From an uncultured Chthonomonadaceae bacterium (lineage in GTDB: Bacteria; Armatimonadota; Chthonomonadetes; Chthonomonadales; Chthonomonadaceae), in assembly GCA_963817895.1 (NCBI GenBank), contig CAWFQB010000014.1, forward strand, positions 32,001 to 96,000: a stretch of DNA of 64,000 nucleotides. The letters are read 5' to 3'. The translations under genes and the position numbers were made by a program. Below the pieces are notes generated by a model. It was not told the DNA's origin, did not search any database, and worked only from the letters and a program-made list of their open reading frames with translations. This document shows, piece by piece, positions 31,086 to 40,993 of this stretch (the stretch's first letter is position 1; each line of letters starts with the position of its first letter).

Positions 31086-32682
31086 TCAAGCGGCTTGTAG
31101 CGCGGATAATTCCTCATGGTTTTGCATGTTCAACCGCGAAAAGAAAGCGTCTTCGTCGCGTGTAATTTTCAGTGAATCATCTGACGCAGGCATGGGAAAC
31201 AGGGGCGCGTTGCCAAGAACGTATTCGGCAATGCGATCCAGATTCTTATCCCTGCCCGGCGCGAGTTCGGCCACGCTCTGATAGTTCAAGTCCGCCTGAA
31301 AATAGTTGCCGCTCACCTTCACTTTATTGAATGGGATGCAGATTTCTATGAATAATCTCTGCATGAAGCGGAAGGCAAGGCGTTGTGTTTCCGGTTCAAT
31401 TCCCCCCTGCATCACCCGTTCCATGACCGGGGCTATGTCGCTCATGGCGCGGATTTCATGCGTGAAGCCGCAATCTTTGTAGTATCCCAATCCGGCGTGG
31501 ACGAGCGGCAGGCCGCGACAGGCCATTTCCAGCCCTGCCGTTGAACCGTAACTTAAACCGACGCTTGCCACATCCATCAGGCTGTACGTGCTGACTTTTT
31601 CTTCGGGCATAATCAAGCGGACGTTGGAAGGCAGGCGCGTGGACAGGCCGCGATACCATTCCAGAACCCTGCCGTCGGTTTTGGCGTGGTCCTGTTCGTT
31701 AGGGTGAACCCGGATAACCAGATTGTATTCGGGATGTGAGCCAAACCACTGCGCGGTTTGCTCGATCCACGGCAATTGATCTACCGCGCGGGCGCGGTCT
31801 GCAAGACTGCCCTCGCAATCCGAACTGGTGCAAAGCAGAGCGAGGGAACGATCCGGCAGGCCCAAACCTGCGCAGATTTCCGCTCGTTCCTGTACGCTTT
31901 TTTGCTGTGGGCTGAAGGCCGACCAGTTCATGTTCATGCCCTGTCGCCGCTGCTGTAGCAAGCGGGCAACGCCCTCCAGTTCAGCATGGGTGAGGGGAAT
32001 ATCCCGCCACGCCGCCCAACGCTCCTGATACCCCGCCATGTCGCCCGCAATTCCCGATGTGATGAACCCTACGGTGTTGTCCATCCAGCCGCGCTCGTGC
32101 AGCACGATCCGAATACCTCGCGCCCTCGCCACTTCTACCGCCACGCGATTGAGGAAGAACGAACCGTTGAGCATCACCACGCAGTCAGGCTTGTATTTGT
32201 CGTACAGGCGGGGCAGGGCAACGGCTGCCATTGCCGCGCCATGCAGAAGCAGGCGATAGGAACGCGCGACTTCGTCTCGCTCCAGTTGCGGATTCAGGCT
32301 GTGCCAGTAAGAAACCATGTCGGCGCGCGTCCATGTTCCAATCGGCAATCCGGCGTAAACAGCGTTTTCCAGTTCGTTCACGTCAAGGCTATCCGCCCAT
32401 TCCGCAATCCGGGCTTTCTCGTTTCCTGTCACCATGCCCTGTAGAAAAATCCGCCGAATGGCGCATTTGCGGGATAAGCGTTTGCGAAAAATGCCGACAC
32501 TGTTCGCAGATTTCTTCCCTGTTCGGTACGGAGAGTGGGGCCATGCCGCAGTTGGGCAGGCCGGAACAGGTCAGGAATCGAACGGAATGACCGCGTTGCC
32601 GCAGCGCGTGTCCCATTGTCACTTCCCAGAGCGTGTGCGGCAGCCAGAGCGTATAGGGGGTAAAAAAGAGTATATTTTGCAT
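31086..32682 (-). CDS. Capsule-polysaccharide-biosynthesis-type (GT-B-like) protein (frameshift near 32440)
   Basis: LVIRVHPNE, VSTYSLMD, YGSTAGLEMACRGLP; N-terminal part in ORF 32389-32682. Confidence 0.7.
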
Positions 32683-32688
32683 GAGTTT

Positions 32689-33450
32689 TCAGGCGGCCGC
32701 CCGCACAACCGCGAAGCTGTCGGGGCTGTGGTGGCGAAGGTCGGCGTCAGTATCAATGTGGGCGATGCAGTCTTCCACGCGCAGCAGCCCGTTGGCGTCG
32801 GGCGTGACCTCTTCGTACAAACGCTTGAGGAACCAGTAATCGGCCTCAGTTTCAAGCGTCATGCGCAGGTCGGGGCGCGACAGGCGCGGCGGGGGTGGCA
32901 GATGGGCGCGTTCAAACAGGTCGGGGCGGGCGCTGGTGAAGGTCGTCACCTGTTCGCGGTACTCGGCTTTCTGTGTCAGCCGCGCGATCCGTTCCAGCGT
33001 CTGGATGGGCATAGCTTCAGTGGCAACTCCCATCGGCAGGCGCGCAACCGTGACCAAATCCATGTTGCTGTCAAGGGCGTAACGCGCGCTGGCCCATAGC
33101 ATTTTGGGATCAAGGAGGGGATTGCTGGCCTGACAGCGCACAACAATCTTTGCCTCATACTGCCGCGCCGCGCTCAGAACGCGATCCAGCACGTCAGCGG
33201 AACTGCCCATCACGCAGGGTATATTGTGCTGTCGGCAGATTTCATGCAGGGCGGAATTGGATTCCCCCTGCGGAAGCGCAAGGACTATCGGGCCATTCAA
33301 CCCGACGCGTATTCGGCGTATGACGTGTTCCAGAACAGTGGCGTCGCCAAGCGGCAACAGAATTTTGCCCGGCAATCGGGACGAGTTGAGACGCGCCTGA
33401 ATTACGGTGACGACGCCCTGCATACCATTCAAATCAATCATTTCATCCAT
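32689..33450 (-). CDS. SpsF-like cytidylyltransferase, divergent copy
   Basis: IQARLNSSRLPGKIL, GSSADVLDR, YREQVT, RMTLETEADY. Confidence 0.85.
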   Translation of the reverse strand: MDEMIDLNGMQGVVTVIQARLNSSRLPGKILLPLGDATVLEHVIRRIRVGLNGPIVLALPQGESNSALHEICRQHNIPCVMGSSADVLDRVLSAARQYEAKIVVRCQASNPLLDPKMLWASARYALDSNMDLVTVARLPMGVATEAMPIQTLERIARLTQKAEYREQVTTFTSARPDLFERAHLPPPPRLSRPDLRMTLETEADYWFLKRLYEEVTPDANGLLRVEDCIAHIDTDADLRHHSPDSFAVVRAAA

Positions 33451-33519
33451 GAAATTTCTCCTGAAGGATTGTTCGTTTTATTCCCGGCCTGTCTGCCGCA
33501 TCCATGGGCAGGCAGGGGG

Positions 33520-33591
33520 AGTTGTCAGGTTGTTAGTTGTTAGAAAAGCCATGTGATACATAGCAACCTAACAACTAACAACCTGACAACT
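33520..33591. repeat. Perfect 24-bp inverted arms of 7/8-nt units; one arm encodes the PseI C-terminus and stop
   Basis: agttgtcaggttgttagttgttag (33520-33543) / ctaacaactaacaacctgacaact (33568-33591). Confidence 0.9.
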
Positions 33592-34728
33592 GATCATGTT
33601 CCACTGCAACGGCGTTCCACGCGGAATGTCTCGCGTTGCGGTTTGTCCCAAAACCTCCTCTATGTGGCGGGGGGGCAGGCCGTGTCCGGGGCGGATGATA
33701 CGGACGTTTGCGCTTGTGAAGCGTTCGCCCGCCCGGACGGACTCGACGGCAAACAGGGAGCGGCGATACAGCAAATTGCCTTTCTCTCCCTCGCTGATGC
33801 CCAATTCCGGTTTTCCCAATGCCTGACTGGTGACGCGAATGGCGGCTGTCATCTGCTGGAACTCTTCCGGTTCCAGAGAAAACGCGCTGTCAGGGCCGGG
33901 AAGGCTGCGGGAAAGGATTAGATGCTTTTCCACGATACACGCGCCGAGCGCGACGGCGGCGATGGGAACCGCAATGCCCAACGTATGGTCGGATAGTCCA
34001 ACCGGCACATTGAAAGTTTGCGCCAGCCGTTCCAAAGCGCGAAGATGCATGTCCTGCGGGTGGGAAGGGTACGCGCTGGTACATTTGAGCAGCGCGATTT
34101 CGACCCCGCCGGCCTGTCGCGCCGCGCAAACCGCTTCCGCAATCTCGGTTTCATTCGCCATGCCAGTTGACATAATCAGCGGCCTGCCGGTTTGGGCGGC
34201 GCGGCGTATCAGGGGCAAATCCACAAGTTCAAACGAGGCGATTTTGTACGCGGGCATATCCAGCGATTGCAGGAACTCTACGGCCTGATGGTCGAAGGGG
34301 GATGAGAACAGGTCCATGCCCAGCGCGTTGGCTTCCGCTTTGAGCGGGCCGTGCCACTCCCAGGGCGTTTGCGCTTCTTTGTATAAGTCGTAAAGGTTAC
34401 GTCCTGCCCACAGACTGTCGCTGCCGATCTGAAAACAGGGGTTGTCGCAGTCGAGAGTAATACCGTCGGGGGAAAGCGTTTGCAGTTTAACCGCGTCTGC
34501 CCCGGCGGATTTAGCGGCGTTGATGATGGCGCGGGCCTGCTCGAAGTTCTGCCCGTGATTGGCTGACATTTCGGCGATGATATAGACAGGTTCGCCCGTT
34601 CCGATCCGCCGCCCGTTGATGTTGATGGCGGGTTGGGGCAGGAACGCAGGCGGAAGATTATCTGGAAGGTAAATAGCAGGCAAAACAGGCATAGTTGTCC
34701 TCGTCATCGGGCAAACATTGTTGCGCAA
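33568..34728 (-). CDS. pseI: Pseudaminic acid synthase (NeuB family; start may be ~34692)
   Basis: IIAEMSANHGQ, ADAVKLQT, TPWEWH, YKIASFELVD, LLKCTSAYP, GLSDHTLG, GPDSAFSLEP, RRSLF, SAF domain. Confidence 0.93.
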   Translation of the reverse strand: MRNNVCPMTRTTMPVLPAIYLPDNLPPAFLPQPAININGRRIGTGEPVYIIAEMSANHGQNFEQARAIINAAKSAGADAVKLQTLSPDGITLDCDNPCFQIGSDSLWAGRNLYDLYKEAQTPWEWHGPLKAEANALGMDLFSSPFDHQAVEFLQSLDMPAYKIASFELVDLPLIRRAAQTGRPLIMSTGMANETEIAEAVCAARQAGGVEIALLKCTSAYPSHPQDMHLRALERLAQTFNVPVGLSDHTLGIAVPIAAVALGACIVEKHLILSRSLPGPDSAFSLEPEEFQQMTAAIRVTSQALGKPELGISEGEKGNLLYRRSLFAVESVRAGERFTSANVRIIRPGHGLPPRHIEEVLGQTATRDIPRGTPLQWNMISCQVVSC

Positions 34729-34752
34729 AGTGGAGATTGAGAAGAAGAACGC

Positions 34753-35580
34753 TCAGAAGTCTTTGCGCCAGAGCCAGATTCGGCCCTGTCCCATATCGCC
34801 GATGGGAGGCAGTCGCAGCGCCAACTGGTTGATGGGGTCTTCATAGGAGGGTTCGCGCCCCGCCTGCGCGGCCAGTCCCGCGTTGACAACGCGACTCAGG
34901 AAGTAGTAGGTGGAACTGTAATCCTCAACATTTTCCAGCGTGATGCCGGGAAGCGTCAATCCTGCTAATTCCGCTTCCCGAAAGTAGCGGTTGTGCCAGG
35001 GAGGGGTGATGGCTTCCAGCCCGATGCCGCAGCGCAGGGCGTTGAGCCGATGTAAACCATCCTGCGTGTTTTCGCACATCACGTACAGCCCGCCGGGAGT
35101 CAGCAGGTCGGTGATATGGCGAATGGCCTGCGCCTGTGTGTTCCAATCCGGCAAATTGATGAGGACGCGCTCGGTGTACATCAGATCGTAACGATGCTGA
35201 AAGGCAGACATGTCGCGCACATCACCCACTTCAAAACAAACCTGTCCCCGGAGAGTTTGCCCGGACAGCAGGGCGTTCGCGGCGGCTATCATTTGCGGGG
35301 CGAAGTCGCTTCCCGTCAATTCGACATCGAAGCGGCGCGCGATTTCGATAGCCGTAATCCCGTTGCCACAGCCAACTTCCAGAATTCTCATTCCGTCCCG
35401 AACATGGCCGCAAATCGCTTCCATTTCCAGTTGCTTGGCGATAACATCCCGCGTTCCGGCCCATTCGCCAAGCCCCGCGCGCTCGTCCCAAAAGGCGCGA
35501 ACATCGCGCCCCTGAATGTCACTCGCCAGAACAGAAATTTCCGGCATGGATGTTGGTAAAAGTGTAGTTGCGCCGCTCAT
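34753..35580 (-). CDS. Class I SAM-dependent methyltransferase
   Basis: ILEVGCGNG, DFAPQMI, ERVLINL. Confidence 0.88.
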   Translation of the reverse strand: MSGATTLLPTSMPEISVLASDIQGRDVRAFWDERAGLGEWAGTRDVIAKQLEMEAICGHVRDGMRILEVGCGNGITAIEIARRFDVELTGSDFAPQMIAAANALLSGQTLRGQVCFEVGDVRDMSAFQHRYDLMYTERVLINLPDWNTQAQAIRHITDLLTPGGLYVMCENTQDGLHRLNALRCGIGLEAITPPWHNRYFREAELAGLTLPGITLENVEDYSSTYYFLSRVVNAGLAAQAGREPSYEDPINQLALRLPPIGDMGQGRIWLWRKDF

Positions 35581-35697
35581 GGCTTCGTCTCCCGCGCGTA
35601 CTGGTTCTGATGCGCTGTCTGCTAAAGTTTACAGGCCACAGGCCTGCCACTATTATGTCGGAAAGTTCGCGCCTGCTCGTCAGGGAAATTTCATTGG

Positions 35698-35750
35698 CAG
35701 GTGATCAGGTATTCAGGTGTTTGGGTGTTCGGTTATTTGGTTGTTTCAGG
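35698..35750 (+). repeat. 8-nt tandem arm (GGTRTTCA-like) overlapping the pseG stop
   Basis: caggtgatcaggtattcaggtgtttgggtgttcggttatttggttgtttcagg. Confidence 0.65.
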
Positions 35751-36858
35751 TTTGAGGGTTGATTTGCTGCATGGCATCTACGATGCGTTTTACCCCTTCA
35801 CCATCTACCAGATTCCTGCCGGCAATTCCCATTGCGCGACGCGCGTTGAGATTATTCGAGAGTTGGCTGATGGCATGAGCAAGTGATTTGGGGGTAATCG
35901 AGTCGTGCCAGCCGAGGGTTTGCATGGTTCCAGCGGCTGTCATGGCGACCGCGTTGCGCCGCTGATTGTCCGCGAGCGCGATACTGAGAACCGGAACCTG
36001 CATATAGGCGAGTTCAAGGGCGGTTGACCCGGCGGCGGCTACAGCGATGTCCGCCCACGCCATCAGTTCGCCCATATTGCCGCAGCCGGGTAGCAATTGT
36101 ATGTCGGTTCCGCTTGCCAGGATTGCCTGCTGGAGAACGCCAAAATGCGGATTGCCCGGACCTGCCACGATTTTAACGTTCCACTCACGACCCGGCAACA
36201 GACTGAGCGCGTGGACAACTTTCAGGGTGACGTTATCCGGGTCGGTTCCGCCCATCGTAACCAGAATGTTGCGGGCTGTTTGGGGATAAACGCGCTGCCA
36301 GTTCTGCCATACGGCAAATTCAGGACGCAACAGGGCGTAACGCGCGCCAAGCAGAAGAACCGTTTGACTATCGCTATTATAAGGCAGAGTATCCGCGTAC
36401 ACATTCTGGTTGAGCAGCGCATCGGCATGATAACAACACTGGTGCGCCGTATCGTCGAGAGCAAGCGTGTTGCCGCCGTTTTCGCGCATGGCTGCCTGAA
36501 CGTTTTCCTGATAGCAGGGGGCAAAGTGGTAGCCGTCCAACAGCGTCCATGCGGGGCGGCGCTGACGCAGAATGGCAAGCAATTCGGGTAAATCGCTCGC
36601 ATCCGGGTGCATGGCGGGCATCGAAATGCGTTCCGCGCCGGATTGGTCAATTCGGGCGGTGATGGCGGGATTGTCCGCGTGGGTCAGAAAAACAACATGT
36701 CCGCCGCGCGTCTGCCATTCCGCAGCCAGCGCGAGGCAGCGCATGACATGCCCGTTGCCAATCTGCCGGGTCGCGTCAGCGCGAATAAGGAGGGTAGAGG
36801 GTTGTGTCCTGCCCTGTGGATGGACGCCCGGATTGAGGATTGCGTGTAAATACGTCAA
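35746..36858 (-). CDS. pseG: UDP-2,4-diacetamido-2,4,6-trideoxy-altropyranose hydrolase
   Basis: IRADATRQIGNGHVMRCLALA, LDGYHF, LLNQN, YALLRPEF, MGGTDPDN, AAGST, ADNQ, VDGEG. Confidence 0.92.
   Translation of the reverse strand: MTYLHAILNPGVHPQGRTQPSTLLIRADATRQIGNGHVMRCLALAAEWQTRGGHVVFLTHADNPAITARIDQSGAERISMPAMHPDASDLPELLAILRQRRPAWTLLDGYHFAPCYQENVQAAMRENGGNTLALDDTAHQCCYHADALLNQNVYADTLPYNSDSQTVLLLGARYALLRPEFAVWQNWQRVYPQTARNILVTMGGTDPDNVTLKVVHALSLLPGREWNVKIVAGPGNPHFGVLQQAILASGTDIQLLPGCGNMGELMAWADIAVAAAGSTALELAYMQVPVLSIALADNQRRNAVAMTAAGTMQTLGWHDSITPKSLAHAISQLSNNLNARRAMGIAGRNLVDGEGVKRIVDAMQQINPQT
36796..36838 (-). repeat. Partial palindromic element copy 12, translated in the PseG N-terminus (LNPGVHPQGRTQPS)
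   Basis: cctcaatccgggcgtccatccacagggcaggacacaaccctct matches the 5' half of copies 6 and 11. Confidence 0.75.
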
Positions 36859-36911
36859 GGTAATTTCCCGCTTTCAATCAGATTCCTCTTCTTCCAACGT
36901 CAAGAAGAGGT

Positions 36912-37019
36912 TAAGAGCCTATCCCAATAGGCCGGGTACAAAGAACGTACCCGTCTGAGTGGCCTGCGGCCAGGCGTCCTTCGGACGCAAATGCAATCGC
37001 CTGTTGGGATAGGCTCTAA
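36912..37019. mobile_element. MITE, IS5-family (IS1031-group-like) ends
   Basis: TAA-gagcctatcccaataggc...gcctgttgggataggctc-TAA: 18-bp TIR with one mismatch, 3-bp TAA duplication, no ORF. Confidence 0.8.
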
Positions 37020-37044
37020 GGTGGAGGGTGGATGAGAATAGCCT

Positions 37045-38447
37045 CTAGGCCAGTCTCTGGAATCCTGTGTGCGCAATCGGGCCGCGAAGTTGCGCTTCTA
37101 CTTTATCGGTATGAATCGCCTGCGCCAACAGGCCAAATACCTCCTCCAATGCGCCCAGATAGCCGTCAATGTGATGATCCTGATGCGCGTAAGTGACGAA
37201 GAACACACTCCCTGCCAGAAAGCCCCGGTCTAGCATCATCTGCGTATATAGCGTTCGGATGGCCTGCCCGTTGGGATAGTCGAAGCGAATCGCGCTTACG
37301 GGAGGGATACCGCTCACTTGCAGATTCAATCCATTGTTATTTGCCAGTTGTTTCCAGCCGTCCTGAACGCGGCTGCCGATGTGGATAAGGTGGGCGGGAA
37401 CGTTGTATTTCCGATGCTTGCGGAGGGTGGCTACGGCGGCAGTGGGGCCGATGCGCTCTGTCCAGTAGGTGCTGCTGATAAACGTGTTTTGCGCCGCCTG
37501 CATCCACTCTTCGCGTCCAAGCACGGCGGCAAACGCATAGCCGTTGCTGATGGCTTTGGCGAAAATGGTCATATCAGGATCAATGCTAAGTGTCAGATGA
37601 ATTCCGCCCGTATTCACGCGGAAGCCAATCGTAGATTCGTCGAATATCAATGCCGCGCCTAAATCATCGGCGATTTGCCGGACTCCTTCGAGAAAGCCGG
37701 GAAGGGGCTGCTGACTGCGCAACGGTTCCATTACAATGGCGGCGATTTCTCCCCGATGCGCGGCTCCCAGTTCCTTCAACTCGTCCAGTTGATTGTAGTG
37801 GAACGGCAGTACCAACCCGGCAAGGGAACGTGGCACACCAGCGGGATCCAATCCCGAAAGAAGATGCGCGGCTAAAGCGTTACGGTTGAGGGTTGAAGGT
37901 TGAGGGTCGAGAGTTGTATCTTCAGTGTTCTCCTCTTCTCCTCTTCTCCTCTTCTCCTCTTCCGGTAGTTGGCTGACAGATACCAGTCGTGCCAGCCGTG
38001 ATAGCCGCAGAAGAGGATTTTGTCGCGTCCGGTTCGGGCGCGGGCGATGCGGATGGCGACGGTCAGGGCTTCGCCGCCGGTTCGGACAAAGCGCGCCATG
38101 TCCGCCCAGGGGTGCAGTTCGCAGAGCAGTTCCGCCAGTTCCACCTCTTCGGGGCAGTTGAGCGTGGACATGGAACCGGCGTCTACAGCCGCGTGAACGG
38201 CGGCGTTTACATCCGGGTCGGCATGTCCCAATACGCACGCGCCAACCCCGTTCAAACTCATGTCTATGTACCGGTTTCCGTCCAAATCCCATACTTCCGC
38301 GCCCTGCGCTTTCGCGTAATAGTTGGGCCAGCCCTCCGGCAGGAACATCTCGGGACGCTTGGAAAGTAGCTGTGTTCCGCCGGGAATACGGCAGTGGGCG
38401 CGGCGGTAGAGTTGCTGCCCGTTTGGAGTTGATAGTTGTGAGGACAT
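37045..38447 (-). CDS. Class III PLP aminotransferase (GSA-aminomutase-like), with repeat insertion and frameshift near 37965
   Basis: IPGGTQLLSKRPE, DLDGNRYID, RTGGEA, CGYHGWHDWY, IFDE..IGFR, FAKAISNG, SSTYWTE. Confidence 0.88.
37884..37963 (-). repeat. Composite (GAAGAGGA)4-GATAC-(AACYYTC)4 insertion inside the aminotransferase
   Basis: Reads EEEKRRRGEEENTEDTTLDPQPSTLNR; same architecture as 57401-57480. Confidence 0.85.
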
Positions 38448-38563
38448 GAGATTTTCCTATAACACTAAATTTGGCGCGATCAGGGGTGACGCCATTATAG
38501 AAACAAGCGGCGATTAGATAGGAGATCAAGACAGCAACTTCTATCAACTATCATCTATCAACT
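38427..38563. repeat. Inverted AACTATC-unit arms spanning the spsF/aminotransferase junction and ATG 38447
   Basis: agttgatagttg (38427-38438) / ctatcaactatcatctatcaact (38541-38563; identical 23-mer at 48187). Confidence 0.75.
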
Positions 38564-38566
38564 TTC

Positions 38567-39366
38567 CTAAGCGGCTTTGCGTTCCGATTGCAAGGAGCGC
38601 AGATAGCCTTCATTGCGGGTGAATTGGCCGTTGATGCGGCGCAGTTGCGGCTGTGAGTTGAGCAGGGCAATGACATCGGAAAAGGAAAAGTTTAGCGTGT
38701 CAAGCGAGTGGAATATAGCGCGAACAAAGGCTAAATCCGGCAGTTCGTCTACTGTCCAGCGCAAGCCGGAGTAATTTTGCTCGTTCAGCACACTGCCGCT
38801 GTCGAAAGCCGTTGGCGGAATCGCGCAGGTAGGGCGTGACGTGTTCGCGTTCCGAGGGTTTGGATGCTTCCCACCATGCGCGTTCCAGCGCGGATACGCG
38901 AAACACTTCCGTGTCCAGTCCGTCCGGGTAGGTGGGCGGGTCTACATTGGAAACATAATCGAAGTTCGCGATGTGAAAGGCGGCGATTACGGCATCTATC
39001 ACGTTCGGATCGTGCAAGGGGCAATCGGCGGTCAGGCGAACAACCACTTCGGCGTCGGGCATAGCGGGCGGCTTGAAGGTAGCGATCAAGCACGTCGTTT
39101 TCGCTGCCGCGAAAGCAGTCAATATTGTGCCAGCGGCAAAAGTCGGCCACAATCGTATCGGAGGTTGCGGTCGAAGTTGCGACAAGAACATGATTAAGTT
39201 GTTTTGCGTGGCGAACGCGGTTGACAACGTGCCACAGCATGGGTTTGCCCGCAATTTGATGCAGAACTTTGCCGGGAAGCCGCGAGGAACCCATACGCGC
39301 CTGAATAATTCCCACGGTTCGCGGCAAAGAGGCAACACTGTCCGGGGAGTTGGAATTAAGTAACAT
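38567..39366 (-). CDS. SpsF-like cytidylyltransferase (frameshifted)
   Basis: IIQARMGSSRLPGKVL, GSENDVLDRY, VRLTADCP, TYPDGLDTEV, REHVTPY, RWTVDE. Confidence 0.88.
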
Positions 39367-40910
39367 TGTGAGCGCCTCCGCCTGTCGTATTGTTTGAGTG
39401 CCGCGCCTGTAAAGCGAGTTGAAGGGTTTGCGTCGCATCGTAAACCGTGTTGAACGTGGGCGATTTGTTGTCCACGCAGTTCAGGAAATAGGCCAGTTCG
39501 TCGCGGTACATCTGATTGATTTGCCAGTTTGCGGGCTGCCGGATGATTTGCGCCACTTTGCCGGAAGCGTCGTAATGAATGGTTTCACCCGAATTGAAGT
39601 CCCACGCCAATGTGCCTTCGCTGCCAGATAATTTCGATGCTGCGTTGGTAGTTGCGCTGGACAAAGTTGAGATGAACACTGGAAAATGGGCCGCTCTCGT
39701 GGGTGAGCAGCAGTTCCGCCATGCCGTCTGTTTGCAGGCCGAGAGAAGTGGCGGGACGAACAAGCGAACTGTGCAGCGTGGCCGGACCGAGCAGCCAGAG
39801 CGCAAGATCAAGTTCATGGATGCAGTCGAGCAGCGCGCCGCCATGAACAGGGGACGCGCTGTAACCAGCGCGATAATCCTGATGAGGCCGCCAGTTGGGC
39901 AGGTATGAGCCGGTGTGCAACCGCGCGCTCAACACATCGCCAATCAATTTCGCTTCCAGCCATTGCTTGATTTGCGCGGGGCCGGGATGAAAGCGCATGT
40001 TGCAGCCGACAAGGTTGACCAGCTTCCGCTGCGTGACAAGGGCATTTAATTCTTCCAGACATTGCAGATTGTGCGCGATCGGCTTTTCGATGAACAGGGC
40101 CGCGCCCGTATTCGCGGCGGAAAGCGCGAACGGCGTGTGCAGATTAGAGGGCGTACAGATGAATACAACGTTGGGCTGCCATTTCCACAAATCTTCAGGG
40201 CAATCTGCGGCATGAACATTATGTTTGTTCGTAATGGCCTGACTTGCTTGGGCAGACGCATCGTACACAGTAATATCAAATTCGCGGTTGGCGGTCAATT
40301 CGCATAAATTTTCCAGATGCCGCCGCCCGATGGAACCGCAGCCAAGCAGGGCAACGCGCAGGGGAACGGGGCGCGACAGCGACATTTGCACAACATCGGT
40401 AGGCCGTCCCTCGAACATCAGTTGCTGCTGGTTCTGCTTTTCTTCTACCATGCCTGCGCGTCGCATGACGTTCAACATGCCGAGATTGACGCTGAGGGTT
40501 CCCGCCGTGATTTTCCGCAATCCACCATCCTGAAGCAGATGGCGGCAGACAGCCTGCCACGCTTCGCTGCCGTATCCCTGTCCCCAAACCGCCCGTTCGC
40601 CAATCAGGATACCAACGTCTGCTATGCCATTTTCCACATCAATATAGGCGTTGATGTTGCCGATATGCCCGATATTGGGATCGTGGGCAATAATAGCCCA
40701 AAAACAGTGGGGCGTGTTGGCAAACGATTGCAGGTAGTCGCGGCAGGAGGCGAGGGTATGCGCGTGGTGTCGTTGTTCGCTGTACCGGACGACATCAGGA
40801 TCGTTCAGCCAGCCGACATAGCGCGGGGTAAGATGCGCTTCTTCAAAGGGCACAATGGACAGGCGGGGTGTTTTGATTTTCGATTTTCGATTTTCGATTT
40901 TCGATTGCAT
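39356..40910 (-). CDS. GNAT N-acetyltransferase fused to a Gfo/Idh/MocA oxidoreductase (frameshift near 39625)
   Basis: YVGWLNDPDV, WGQGYGSEAW, then LLGCGSIGRRHL, FIEKP, GCNMRFHP, GSYLPNWRP..DYR, GGALLDCIHELD in one frame. Confidence 0.85.
40871..40906 (-). repeat. (GAAAATC)n heptamer run translated as SKIENRKSKIK at the fusion protein N-terminus
   Basis: Four perfect gattttc units on the + strand. Confidence 0.85.
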
Positions 40911-40927
40911 GGCGACTTGACGGGATG

Positions 40928-40993
40928 CCCTCACCCCGGGCGTCCACCCGTAGGGAAGGACACCCTCTCCCAAAAAAGCCTGGGAAAGGGGCT
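40928..40993 (+). repeat. Palindromic element copy 11 (5' insert plus caaaaaagcctggg loop)
   Basis: ccctcaccccgggcgtccacccgtagggaaggacaccctctcccaaaaaagcctgggaaaggggct. Confidence 0.85.

Noticed and set aside
37045..38447. hemL (tetrapyrrole synthesis)
   Set aside because: The GGTQLLSKRPE and YHGWHDWY motifs and SpsF context fit the polysaccharide-cluster subfamily
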